A model generated the notes under the pieces. The model was given only the letters and a program-made list of their open reading frames with translations. It was not told the origin of the DNA and searched no databases. A stretch of 64,000 nt of DNA from Lama glama (lineage: Eukaryota): contig CM052817.1 in NCBI GenBank assembly GCA_028534125.1, positions 35,652,001 to 35,716,000 on the forward strand, read 5' to 3'. Shown here in pieces: positions 12,054 to 23,887 of the stretch. Made by a program: the position numbers and the translations under genes. The first letter of the stretch is position 1; the number at the start of each line of letters is the position of its first letter.

Positions 12054-12965
12054 GATTTCTCGGGCTGGTCTCCTGCATTAGCAGGAGGGGCAAGAACACC
12101 CTATGACCTTACCATGTGAACAGTTTTATACATCATGACAAGACCCATACACAAAGCCTGTGGCTGATTTGGAGGAAGTACAGAGTACCCTCGACTTGCA
12201 GCTGCTAATCCAACACGTCAATCAATAACGGGACTGAACTCCTGGCCTCTAGGGGTGCAGTGTGCTCTGCCTTGGGAGGAATAGCCAGCTTGGTGCTTGT
12301 CAAGGCTTCACTGCCCAACCCCAGGCAGCTTGACCTCTCAGGCTGATTCTGTGTCTAGATGGTTTGTTCTGGACCCAACATGGGACTAGTTTTAAAGGTT
12401 ACCCCTGTGGTATCTCAAACCAGCTTGGGTTCTGGGAGATATAGGGTGGAAAATGCCAGAGGCCCAGGTTGTGCATCAGAGTAGAGGCTAATTCCTGGCC
12501 GTTTGGGGGAATATACTCTGACATGGTCCAGCAGAGTCCTCTGTACCAGGGCCCTGCTAGACCTAGGTGCTTTTTTTTTTTTTTTAATATAGTTGTTTGT
12601 TTTGGGCTCTAATATCCTGCAGTATCGGTTTCTGTCAGTTTGTTTTTTTAAAAAAAGCACTTTGAGTAAATAACAGGGGCTGGGATGAAAGTAAAGTAAA
12701 ATAGGGAGACATAAAAATTGTTTTGTTTTTATATAACTTTAATTTTCACTCAGGGTTAAACAAAGTACTCTTCAGAATGAAGAAATCCCTTGGCTGGTAG
12801 GGAGTTTAGGAGCTGGGCGAAAAGTGATGGTAGCCTTGGAGTTGCAGACCCAACCCTATGTTATTGGAGGCTCTTGGTTGCATCTACAGGCTTTAAAACA
12901 CCAAGAAAGAACATAGAGGAGAGGTGTGCCTTTTTGTAATAAACTAACTGGGTTCCTGAAAAGTT
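12054..12965 (+). pseudogene. possible retrocopy fragment (end of a CDS plus 3'UTR) of an unidentified mRNA
   Basis: Non-repeat-like sequence with a protein-like frame (..LPCEQFYTS*QDPYTKPVADLEEVQSTLDLQLLIQHVNQ*), then UTR-like sequence ending in AATAAA near 12938. The parent gene is not recognised. Confidence 0.3.
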
Positions 12966-13049
12966 ACATGAAAAATTTCTAAACTGATTCCTATTCACAA
13001 TGCAGTAGGTGAACCTTCCAAAGAACCTTCACTAGAAGGTTTTATAAAG

Positions 13050-13175
13050 CAAGGCCCTTGTAGGACAGGATTAAGGTAAGGCAAGTAAGGAGTGTCAAAA
13101 AACCCAGCAATCAAGATGAATAGTATAATAATATAATATTCTAGCAAATCAAAATTAGTGCAAAAAATCCCAAGT
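13050..13175 (+). mobile_element. MER63-like hAT fragment
   Basis: ggattaaggtaaggcaagtaagg...caaaattagtgcaaaaaatcc. Confidence 0.5.
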
Positions 13176-13184
13176 GAACAAAAG

Positions 13185-13606
13185 AAGAAAATCATACCAT
13201 ATACAAATATTAATTCAAAATGTATCAAAAACCTAAATGTAAGAGCTAAAATGATAAGTCTTAGAAGAGGTGCAGATCTTCATGACTTTGTATTTGGCAG
13301 TGGTATGTTACGTGTGCACCAAAACCCATAAATGACAGGCAAAAAAATCGGTAAGTTGGATTTTCTCAAAATTAAAAACTTTCATTAGTCAAAGGACACT
13401 ATTTTTTTTGACAAAGGACACTATCAATATAGCGAAAAGAGAAAACAGAGAGAAAATATTTCCAAATCATATATTTGATAAGGGACTTGTGTCTAGAATA
13501 TATATAGAATTCTTAAAACTCAACAAAAAAGACAGATATCATAATTAAAAAGTGAGCAAGAATTGGAATAGACATTTCTCCAAAGAACGTAACACAGATG
13601 GCCAAT
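13185..13606 (+). mobile_element. L1 ORF2 3' fragment
   Basis: acctaaatgtaagagctaaa...gataagggacttgtgtctagaata...atagacatttctccaaaga...cagatggccaata; ends abruptly. Confidence 0.85.
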
Positions 13607-13784
13607 ATTTGCCCTGTGCAGAACCCTGTACCAGTTACACATACATTAAATATCCAAGATTCAGGGAGATGGAGGGGAATAAACCTTACCCTCAACAGTG
13701 ACTCCACTCCTCCCTTAGTGAAATTCATCTTTGCCTCAGAGAAAAGGAGCCACGTGACAACAGATATTCAACAGGGAACAGTGA

Positions 13785-14104
13785 TAATTGAAAGCATTGC
13801 TGAGTTTATTCCAACCAAATAAAGCAACACACAGGTCATCCTCACAATAACTCAAGTGGCAAAAGCCAAAAACAAGGATTTTTTGTTGTTTTAATTACTA
13901 GTCACTGCCTGTAGCTTTCTCCCACATCTCACTTCAGAAAATGTGGGTTAACAAATTGTATGCAAAGAAACACAGGAAAAGAGAGAAAGGGAAAATGAAG
14001 TTCATCTAGTGTGCAGTTGAAGGTGTGTTATCCAGTTTCTCTTCTGTAAGCTGCTCCATCAGCATGGTCCACTTCGAATTACTTTAATATCATGGCCATC
14101 CTCC
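13785..14104 (-). pseudogene. SPINK2: SPINK2-like last exon (exon 4): CDS 14059-14104 plus 3'UTR
   Basis: Acceptor ctcaatttgcAG|G, then EDGHDIKVIRSGPC*, matching the SPINK2 C-terminus (human REGGHNIKIIRNGPC). Splice phase is compatible with exon 3. PolyA signals ATTAAA (13890-13895) and AATAAA (13805-13810) on the minus strand. Confidence 0.9.
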
Positions 14105-14141
14105 CTGCAAATTGAGCAACCCCATAAAAACACATTTATTA

Positions 14142-14659
14142 TTAAATTTCCCCCTCTACCCCTCCTGAGTTTTTGTGGCTGGACTAATAATAAAATGGAC
14201 ATAAAACAGATTAAAAGGAGGAAAAGAAACTTTAATAATGGCACACAGAGGTCTTACAGAAATGCGGCCTAATAAGTGGCCAAAGCGGGCAAGCTTCATA
14301 CTTTTTAGAATAAGAAACAATAAATCTGTGAGGAATTGACAGGGAAAGAAACTTATGCTTTGGGTGCTTAACTAGTAAAGAATCTAAACAGAGTTTTGGC
14401 TCAGGGTAGTAAATTAAACTAACAAAGCTTGTTTATACAGGCTTTTCAGCTCTGAATTCTGTTAGGTGATAAGAGTGTCCTCCCTCCAGATGCAGGGAGT
14501 GAACCTTTCTTAGGAGAGATTTATTTCCTGCTCTCAGGGAGACGGAGAGGAGGGTCAAAATGTCCCTCTTGCACTGGATCTTTCTTAAGTAACTTTAATT
14601 CAAAATAATTAATATGCCATTGAGGCATATTTTGGGGTGCCCTTCCCTGGGCCTCAACA
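14142..14659 (-). mobile_element. ERV1-class 3' LTR
   Basis: Clearly homologous to 20416-20945 (shared ttaagtaactttaattcaaaataattaat). Starts TG on the minus strand at 14659, preceded by a purine-rich PPT-like tract. The terminal bases at the left end appear lost. Confidence 0.85.
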
Positions 14660-17256
14660 GTTACTTCCTTTGAAACTTCCCTGAAAGTTTCACATATTAA
14701 AAGTTGAGCTGATAGTGTTTTCCATCTCATTGAACCAGTCTCTTAGACTTGACAATAGGTCAGTTCAGTTAAACTTATTTCTGGAGCTGGTAATGCAGAT
14801 GGGTTCCCAAAGTCGGGTCTATGGTGCAAGCAATCATGTATTTAATAAGAAGCATATCTATGGAAACAAAATAAAACAGAAGTTAATGATTGGAGCAGAT
14901 TGTAAGCCCACTTCTGAGCCCAGAGGGCAGTCAGTTAAGATTTCTAGATGTTAGAGTTGAAGGATCTTTTGCAATTTGAAATATCTGATGATGTCATCAG
15001 GTGTTTAGGTAAACTTTCTGGCTCATACAGCAACAGGCACAAAGGTTGTTTAAACATGAGCTGTTGCAGCAATTTCCCTTAAGTTTGTATCAAGTTGTCT
15101 AGCTTCAGTTTGCAGAGCTTCAGGAAAAGAAGGGCAATTTTAGTTCTCAGTGATTCCAAATCAAAAGAACAGGAGAAATTTGGAAAAGTTAGTTTGGAGA
15201 GTCATAGCTAGACACTAGAGAATACTAGAAGAATTGACGATACAGTCTAGTTTACAGGTAAATAACAAAAACCTCAAAGACGATGAACAGAACTAGGATC
15301 TGGTATCTACAAGTGTGTATCTTAGTTTCTGCCGAAACACAGTTTTTCTCTCTGTAATTACCCCCGGTTTTTACCAAAGGTAGCCAAATTAGACTAATTT
15401 GTTTGCAAAAGAAGTCTAGATTCAATAAACTTGGCCTGGTTGTTTACATAAGTACGGTAAGAATAGCAATTGACCATATAGGCTGTTTTAAATCTGCTTT
15501 GCTGGAACCTCTTATAAGGAATCTCAGATTAAATTTTCAATAGCCTCTCAAGGCTAAGAAACAAAGCCACACATTGACCATCAGCCTTTGCCTGCAATAG
15601 GCATGGATTTGGGTGAATTCCTCTCTTCACGAGGTCCCCAAAATATCCTCAGTGTCCTGGGCCTGCCAGGAAGTAACCTTCCTTACTCACCTAGTAAGGC
15701 TGCTGTGAACCCTGAAAGCTGTTTTTCTAAGGAGCTTTATTGGCTCTGTAAAGTCAACCTTAGTTTCTCAAAGCTGTCTGGTCATATCTGAGTCTATGCA
15801 TCTCTGTCAAATATGACATTCCAGTCAAAGCTTTGATAATATGATCAATGTTTCCAGTTGTGTCCTGTTATAAGGAGAACAGATTCTTACTGAACGTATG
15901 CAAATAACTCTATTGCCAAGAAAATAAGAATACTCACTGATAGTTTCTGAATTCTGGAGGAATCCAGAAGAGAGAAAAAGATAAATGATTCAATTCTGCT
16001 TACAAAAGTATATTGTACCAAACTGCTCTAAGTCATAGTAAGCGTAAGAGAAAAGAGAAATGTTTTCCTTAAATCTGGAGAAACAAAACATTTAGGAGAA
16101 AAGCAATGTTTCAAATTTTAAAAAATCATAAAACATTATAATTATCTCCCTCAGTTTATTTAGTCCTATGTAATTAATTCTTGCTTCGCTTGATCTTTTG
16201 TTAGAAATTTTATGAAGCCATCAGTTTCTCTATTAGAGTTCTGTGAATTCTTACCCAGGTATGATTTGAAAGTCATCAGAAACTTATATTCTAGCATATT
16301 TGTTAGATTCCTTTCCATGAATTTCCCTGAAGATAAAACACTTTTTTGCAGGAATCTTTTGTAAAAGCATCTGCATGAAACAATAACTGTGTATAAATGA
16401 TAAAAGACTTTAAAATGTCCATTATTAAAGATTTGATTCATTATAATGGAACTGATAATGAAGTTTGGTTATCTCTGAGACATATTTTAAGATAATAACT
16501 AGAACTATGACTAACGTTATACTAGGACATATCCAAATTCTAGGAATTTCATGTATTTTCTATAACATTTATATTAATAATACTTACCCATATAGTATAA
16601 CATAAGAAGGTTTATCCTCCTTTATTTCACAATGCTTCCCATTATAATTTAACCTACTAAATAAGCTTGATAAGTTTAATATCTCTGTTATAAATGAGAG
16701 AAAGTAATTTTTTTGAGGTGTTCCAGGGACCCTCTGGAAATCTCCAAAGTTATTTCCAGGTCGGTAAGTCTTTTTTTGGGAAGTTTGTCAAAAATACCAG
16801 AAGTTTTTAAAACACTTGGTCAAATAGGATCATAGGTCACTGTGAAACAATACTTAGCTGTCCATTTAATCAAAGTGACTAAGATTTCCCTGGCAAATAC
16901 AGAAAGTTGAATAGTTATAAAAAGCCTTAGCTATCTTAGTATTGAAAAGACTTTGTTTTGTCTTCTAACTGATTAAAAACCTGATAAAGACAAAATATAG
17001 AATCTTTGTTTTTCTAGACAGATTATATTAAAGGTAAAGAAATCCTTTTTTTTTATAATTTCCTCTTAAGACCAGAGCAATGTAAGAAAGCTTTGTTCTT
17101 TGAACAGAGAGAAAAACCAAATTTAATTTTGTACTAACTTACTTTTGATATTAAAACTCATTTACTTAATTAAATTCCAAACTTAGCCATTCCTGATTCC
17201 ACATAAAATTCCTTTCTAAAGAGTCCTTTTTTTACAAACCTTTTTATAATTTTCTA

Positions 17257-17295
17257 TGTGTGTGTGTGTGTGTGTATATACATACACACATACAC

Positions 17296-17352
<57 letters not shown>
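17257..17352. repeat. compound microsatellite (TG)n-(TACATA)n
   Basis: Read directly from the sequence. Confidence 0.95.
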
Positions 17353-17353
<1 letters not shown>

Positions 17354-17790
17354 CTCCCTTGTTTTCTTTCCCATTTAGAAATAACCAGCTTTAGGACAAA
17401 ATCATTTTCTTTTTTTTTCTTAACAAAAGCACCTCCATACCTTTACTTACCCCCAAACACATCTTATTTCTTTTATTATTTCTAGTACTTTTAATTTTAG
17501 TATAGTTAATATATTAATTGGAATTCTTAATCTTTTAAAATCTTAATTTGGGGGGAAATAAAGAAGTAAATAATTGTGAACTGTATTAATATTTTGTGGC
17601 TTAGCGAACTTATAAACACATGTTATAATTTCTAGAAATATATTTTACTTTATAGCATAATATTTTCAGTAAAATGGAAAATATATGTACTAATAGACCC
17701 AAACATATTTAGTTCCTCTGTAATAAGACATCAAAAGTAGGTAAACTTAGACTTGTTTAGTGATTAATGTTTCAGTATTTTATCTTATTT

Positions 17791-17911
17791 GGGATTTTTT
17801 GGGGGGGGAGATAATTAGGTTTATTTATTTATATTTAATGGAGAAACTGGGGATTGAACCTAGGACCTTGTGCATGCTAAGCTTGTGCTATACCACTGAG
17901 CTATACCTTCC
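17791..17911 (-). mobile_element. Vic-1-type SINE inside the ERV
   Basis: ctggggattgaacctaggacc...ccactgagctataccttccc; TSD tatcttattt. Confidence 0.9.
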
Positions 17912-18177
17912 CACTTAATTATCTTATTTAGAAATGATATAGACACCCAGTGAATTCCCATCATTTAATTTAACTTAGCAAAACTCTAAGGGTGTAAATT
18001 AAATTACCAAAGAGAATTAGGAAACTAAGTATACAAATCATAAGACAATTGTTTTTGAAAATCTCAGCTAAAAACTCTTACCTCATTTACATCTAGTTAA
18101 TTCATTTGTTCTTAACAATCGTACATAGATTACTCATGAAAATTTCATGAGTCAACAAAGCAGTCATTATCTTAAGA

Positions 18178-18337
18178 TTTTTTCTTTCTTTCTTTCTTTC
18201 TTTTCTTTCTTCCTTTCTTCCCTTTCTTTCCTTTCTTTCTTTCTCTCTCTTTCTTCCTTCCTTCCTTTCTTCCCTTCTTTTTCTTTCTTTCCTTTCTTTC
18301 TTTCTCTCCCTTCCTTCCTTTCTTCCTTTCTTTCTTT
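18178..18337. repeat. (TTTC)n/CT-rich simple repeat
   Basis: Pure pyrimidine tract on the plus strand. Confidence 0.95.
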
Positions 18338-20395
18338 GTGACAGAGACAACATAAACCCACTAGACAAGTAAACTCAAGTAGAACAAAATTTTTTATCTG
18401 CATTATATTGAATACTGATAACTCTGAAGACATACAAATACTGATTAAATGAACGAGCTCAAAATTAGTTTTTATTTCCTAAAGATTATCCTAGAACTTG
18501 AAAAACATTTGGTTTAGTTTTTATTATATTTTAATGTAAGTTCTTGTAAACAAACAATTTGTTTTAACAAAAAACAATTAAATAGAGCTCTTCTACAAGT
18601 TAATTTTGGCAGTACCATCTAGAGGCAGAAGAACATCCATAGCATAGCCATACAGACATATACATAACCAGAGTTTTTTTGGTTTTCATTTTAAAACTTT
18701 AGTCATGAAAAAACAACAACAAAAAACTTTAGTCATGAATCAGGTACAATACAAAACTCACTAGTTTATAAACAAAGTTGGAATGAATCAAGTTTACTTG
18801 TTCAGATGGCTAACGTTTATTATTTATGGAGAAGACTTAAGATCTGTATTTGCCTTAGACAAGCAATTGTAGAGAGGTTGTAATTTCCTAGAATTTGGGC
18901 AAAAGAATCCTTTTAGCAGTCTGTGTTTTAAAAGGCCCCTTTCCCTTTTTTTTGGTTTCAAATTCTGTCAATTCAGCTAATCTAGGCTCAGTCTTAAGCA
19001 AGGTGGGCTATGTTGATATTTCAAAGACATAATAAGATTTATAGCTTTAAGGGACAGAGAAAGAAAATGTAACTTTTCTCCTAGGAGTTTTGGAGTATAT
19101 TTATTTGTCTATTATCATAAGCCTTAGGATAATTATTATTTTAAAACAATTTTTAAAGTATAGGATAATTTTGCTCCAATATTCTGATCTTTTATAATAT
19201 CTAGAAGCATTTTGAGAGGAATAGGCAAGGTTTGGGGATTGGTAAAGATAAGTGGGCTTTGGTTTGTTGTGTTTCTGGTTTTGTAGAGGTTTGGAAGCAA
19301 AAACAGTTGTTTTGGTTAGCCCTTGAATATTGGTTTCCAGTTGATCTGTTTCCTCTTTATTTGTAGGCGAGCTTGGAGAATTACTGAAGAGATGGGCAAT
19401 TTTTTTTTTTTTAGAAGGGGAATTTATGTTGGTCTTACACTTTATTTTTTCCTTTTAATTTGATCTTCTGGTAAGTACCAATACAACAGTTGTTTATGAT
19501 GAGAATTCTCAAAAGTGTTTTCCTCTTAAATATAGCCAATTTAAAGGATTCTTTGTCTGGCCATTGACTAGTAGGATCTTTAATATTAATTTAAATAGTG
19601 ACCCAAACCAATCAGCCTTTCTTAAGGCTTAACCAAAGACACAAGAGTCATCTCACAAGAGTATATAGCCCTCACATGATCCAGAAAGTTCACTCCCATG
19701 GTCAGTCAAAGAAAGTAAGGCAACAAAGTTTGAGACAACACCAGCTCCTTATGAACTGGGACCCCTTAAGACCAACCACCCTGAGAGCTGGCATGGCCAA
19801 ACAGAGTGCTAACTTTGTGTCTAAGCACCCCGGTCTATTCAACGGGCTACCAAATGTACCTTCCAAATGGCATAGACCAGGGAGAATATTCTCACTGGAC
19901 ACAAAGCCAAGCTCTCAAGACATGAAACAAAGTGGAAGGAAGAACCTCATCTGGTTTTTACATAGAAAACCCACAGCAAACTTTGTCTAAATAGATGCAG
20001 GTCTAGTGTGAACCATCAACTCGCTAGTCTGTGAGACTGGCTCAGACAGTAGGTTTATAGGGCCTGTGCCTGCATTCTGCCCTATGGTTCTTCCTCCTTA
20101 TGGCAAACAACACGATAGACAGAGACTAAGAAAAACAGTGACCATCTCTAGGAAGAAAAGAATTCTCAAGAGTTGCTAAGTTTAAGGAACTGGCTCAACA
20201 AATGTTTTCTCCTGCTAATCTAAATTTAGAGAGGGAGGAAAGGGACTCTCTCCACTTTACCTTCCACAAGACCTTGCAGGCAGAGATCTAGGATGCTGAT
20301 GTGGTAAGAAATCTTAACTTCTGCTGATCTTTATCAGATGTCCCAGGAACTCTCAGCTGCAGTAGCCTCAGGATGGAAAGTGAGCTCCAGCCAGT

Positions 20396-20413
20396 CTCCT
20401 GGCTGGCTCACCA
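20396..20413 (-). other. retroviral primer binding site, tRNA-Arg(ACG)
   Basis: Plus strand ctcctggctggctcacca matches the tRNA-Arg(ACG) 3' end ctcctggctggctcgcca at 17/18 (one CpG-type change), 2 nt from the LTR end. Confidence 0.85.
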
Positions 20414-20415
20414 GC

Positions 20416-20945
20416 TGCTGGGATAGAAGAAATACCCCCTCGACTCTCTTGAATTCTTGTGGCTAGACTAATAATAAAACGGACACAAGACAGGCTAACA
20501 GGAGAAAAAGAACCAAATTTTTATTCGTGTACGCAGAGGTCTCCTTGAAATGAGACCTAGTAAGTGACCAAAGCAGGCAGCTTTTATATTTTTGAGACGA
20601 AAAACCAATAAAATTGTCAGGAATTGACAAGACAAACTTTTTTTGGGGTGCTTAATTAGTAAAGAATCTCAACAGAGTTTCAGCTCCAGGTAGTAAATAA
20701 ATGAAGTAACAAGGTTTGTTTATCCAAGCTTTTCGGTTCTGAACTCCCTATCTCTGGTGATAAGACTGTCCTTCTACCTTCAGATGAAAGGAGTGCACCT
20801 TTCACAAGAGATTAATTTCTTTCTTTCAGGCAAACAGAGAGGAGAGTCAGTGTCCCTTTTGCATTGGCTTGGTCTTAAGTAACTTTAATTCAAAATAATT
20901 AATGTGCAGTTGAGGCACATATGGGGGCCCTGCTCAGGGCCACCA
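20416..20945 (-). mobile_element. ERV1-class 5' LTR
   Basis: TG...CA termini on the minus strand; TATAAAA at 20582-20588 and AATAAA at 20520-20525 on the minus strand; followed by the PBS. Confidence 0.85.
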
Positions 20946-21419
20946 TATTACAATGTTACCTGCCATATTGAAACTGTTCCACTATTTGTATTAAGCAGAC
21001 TCATGTCATTATCATTAGATTCTTCCAGGGTGATGCTTACTTAATCATTTTTAAAGCTGAATCCAGGAAACAGTGAGGGTGAAAGCCCAACTCTACCATG
21101 TTTCCATCACCCCAGGGCATAGGGAGCTACCCCCGAAGTCACTCAGAGAGGGCCTAGTAACTCATCGAGGTCAGAGAACCGAGCCCTGAAACACAAAGCA
21201 GCTCACCTGGAGGAGGAGTCACGGCCATCTGAGCTGGTCAGGTGTGCTACGTGGGAGGACATCAGGTGTAATACACTTGTACTGCGCATTCTACCAGGGA
21301 GACTTATTAAGACCTGTTTTCTGACTACTAGTGCAGGGTGTGTGGGTCACCTACACATGTCCTCTGAATTTAAAATAACACTTGTTATTTCACACAGTTT
21401 AGCTATTAAGTATATTCTT

Positions 21420-21543
21420 GGGGGGGGAGGGTGGAGGAGGTAATTAGGTTCATTTATTTATTTATAGAGGCAGTACTGGGACTGAACCCAGCACCTTGTG
21501 CATGCTAAGCATGCACTGTATCACTTTAGCTATATTCTCCCCC
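21420..21543 (-). mobile_element. Vic-1-type SINE in SPINK2-like intron 3
   Basis: tRNA-like head and tail motif; TSD tatattctt (21411-21419 and 21549-21557). Confidence 0.85.
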
Positions 21544-21949
21544 TCTAATATATTCTTAATTTTGGGAAACTTCCCATCCCTGGATAGTAACATCAGTTAA
21601 TTATCTGGTCTACAATTGATTAATTACATACCTCATTCTCTAACTTTGACCTAGAAAAAGCACTGAAGGATTTCTGTGTCTTTTTAGATATCAGTATTAA
21701 AACAGAACTACTTATGTCACGTTTGATTCTTATATCCAACAAAAGAGTCACTACTTCTTAAGTAATGCAAGAAAAGAACTGATGAAAATTTGGCTAGTCT
21801 ACTCTGTAAAATTATATTACCTGATGTGTGTAAATCGGATCATTACGCTGTACACCTTAAACTTAGACAGTGCTATATGTCAATAAAACTGGAAGGAAGG
21901 AAAAGAGGACATATTTTATAAGTACATAAAGGAAGAAAAAATATATTAC

Positions 21950-22059
21950 CAGATTTTCATGCACAGAGTACACTCACTGAGATAAGTGGACATGTCACTT
22001 CAACAAATGGGGCTAAAGTCTCTGGGACATCCTGGTAATTTATACTGATTGCAATTTGG
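21950..22059 (-). pseudogene. SPINK2: SPINK2-like exon 3 (Kazal domain) with premature stop
   Basis: ctcttttccAG|...|GTaata, 110 bp, translating to [35 protein letters not shown](W), versus human SPINK2 [37 protein letters not shown]. TGA at 22000-22002. Confidence 0.93.
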
Positions 22060-22534
22060 CTGGAAAAGAGAAAGGGAGACCAAAATTGGAGAATAACCTG
22101 AGGCATTCTCATCACATAATAGCTGAGGAGAGGACAAAGACCCAAGTCTCCCTGGATTTCCTAGAAACATCCTACAGAAAGGTTTCTGTTCTCCACAAAA
22201 AAAATGGTTTTTCTAATGTAAGAATCTGTGCAATGTTGAAGCAATGGATCAATACGTGCTTGTAAGAAAAGGACCTCAGAGGAAGGTTCAGTCTGGCTGA
22301 TTTTCAAATGAAAGTCCAAGACATGCCACCGTACCTACTTGACTAACCTCCAGCTTCATAATTTGCTCGTCACTACCATCACCACGTGAATATCCTGCTG
22401 CCTGCCACCTCAGTCCCTGGCATAATGCCCAGATGCGCTGGGGAATCTAGTCTTCTTGTCGGGACTTTTAAGATACTGGCATCTAAGCAGCAGTGCTCAA
22501 GAAAGCAGTAGGTTCAGAACAGGACTTCAAGGGT

Positions 22535-22970
22535 TGTCACGGGCTTCATTGTGTCTGCCCCACAGATATGTTAGAGTCCTAACCCCCAGTGCCTCAGAAC
22601 GTGACCTTATTAGGAAAGAGGGTCTTTATATAGGTAATCGAGTTAAAATGAGGTTAGTAGAGCGGGCTCTAATCCAGTATGACTAGTGTCCTTTTTATAA
22701 AAGGGAAAATATGGACACAGAGTCTTGTGCAGAGGGAAGATCATGTGAAGACACAGAGAGAACGTGGTTTACAAGTCAAGAATTGCCTGAGGCTACCAGA
22801 GAGTAGGAAAGAGGAATGGAATAGATTGTCCCTCACACCCCTTGGAAGGAACCAACCCTGCAACACCTTGAGTTGAGACTTCTAGCCTCAGGAACTGTCA
22901 GAAGATAAATTTATGTTTTTTAAGGCACCCAGTTTGTGGCTTTATTATGGTGGCCCTAAGACTGATATGG
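22535..22970 (+). mobile_element. MaLR MLT1B/C-like LTR
   Basis: gtcctaacccccagtgcctcagaacgtgaccttatt...aaggaaccaaccctgcaacacctt. Confidence 0.85.
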
Positions 22971-23252
22971 TGTAGTGAAACTCAACTCTCAGATTTGATG
23001 GAATTGAGGCCAGAGAGGTCCTATGTCTTGCTCAGAACCACAGCCTCCAGCAGGGCCAAAACTAGAACTGGTCACAGTGAGCAGACCATGGTGTACAGAG
23101 TCCCACTTTAATGGAAGGTTAAATATACAGCCTGCTGTATTTCTGGTGTGTGTGTGTGTAATGTTTTAGTAAATGGGGATCACCTTTCATCACTTTGCAG
23201 TAAGTCACCGTAAACTGTTTAGCACTCTAAATTAATGAAATATACATTCCTA

Positions 23253-23752
23253 NNNNNNNNNNNNNNNNNNNNNNNNNNNNNNNNNNNNNNNNNNNNNNNN
23301 NNNNNNNNNNNNNNNNNNNNNNNNNNNNNNNNNNNNNNNNNNNNNNNNNNNNNNNNNNNNNNNNNNNNNNNNNNNNNNNNNNNNNNNNNNNNNNNNNNNN
23401 NNNNNNNNNNNNNNNNNNNNNNNNNNNNNNNNNNNNNNNNNNNNNNNNNNNNNNNNNNNNNNNNNNNNNNNNNNNNNNNNNNNNNNNNNNNNNNNNNNNN
23501 NNNNNNNNNNNNNNNNNNNNNNNNNNNNNNNNNNNNNNNNNNNNNNNNNNNNNNNNNNNNNNNNNNNNNNNNNNNNNNNNNNNNNNNNNNNNNNNNNNNN
23601 NNNNNNNNNNNNNNNNNNNNNNNNNNNNNNNNNNNNNNNNNNNNNNNNNNNNNNNNNNNNNNNNNNNNNNNNNNNNNNNNNNNNNNNNNNNNNNNNNNNN
23701 NNNNNNNNNNNNNNNNNNNNNNNNNNNNNNNNNNNNNNNNNNNNNNNNNNNN
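23253..23752. other. assembly gap (500 N)
   Basis: Exactly 500 N, so a placeholder size. Confidence 1.
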
Positions 23753-23887
23753 GATCCTGAGAATATTGCTTTGGCCATTTTTGGAAAATACAGTTTGCCA
23801 CACTTAGTAAACTTCTTTTCAAAAATAAAAAAGTATGAAAAGTAAAATCCAATTTCATTAGTTACAGAAAAGAAAGTCTAAAAGCTT

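Larger units (their letters stand above)
14142..20945 (-). mobile_element. two-LTR ERV1-class (MER4/MER34-like) non-coding provirus
   Basis: Paired LTRs, PBS, AT-rich internal region with no recognisable gag/pol/env ORF, and a putative TSD tatta (14137-14141 and 20946-20950). Confidence 0.85.

Noticed and set aside
18102..18433. K/E/R-rich ORFs
   Set aside because: Translation of the (TTTC)n simple repeat.
19598..19990. 130-aa ORF inside the ERV
   Set aside because: Antisense to the provirus and lacks gag/pol/env motifs.
23219..23858. Long ORFs spanning N runs (also 45127-45753)
   Set aside because: Artefacts of the assembly gaps.
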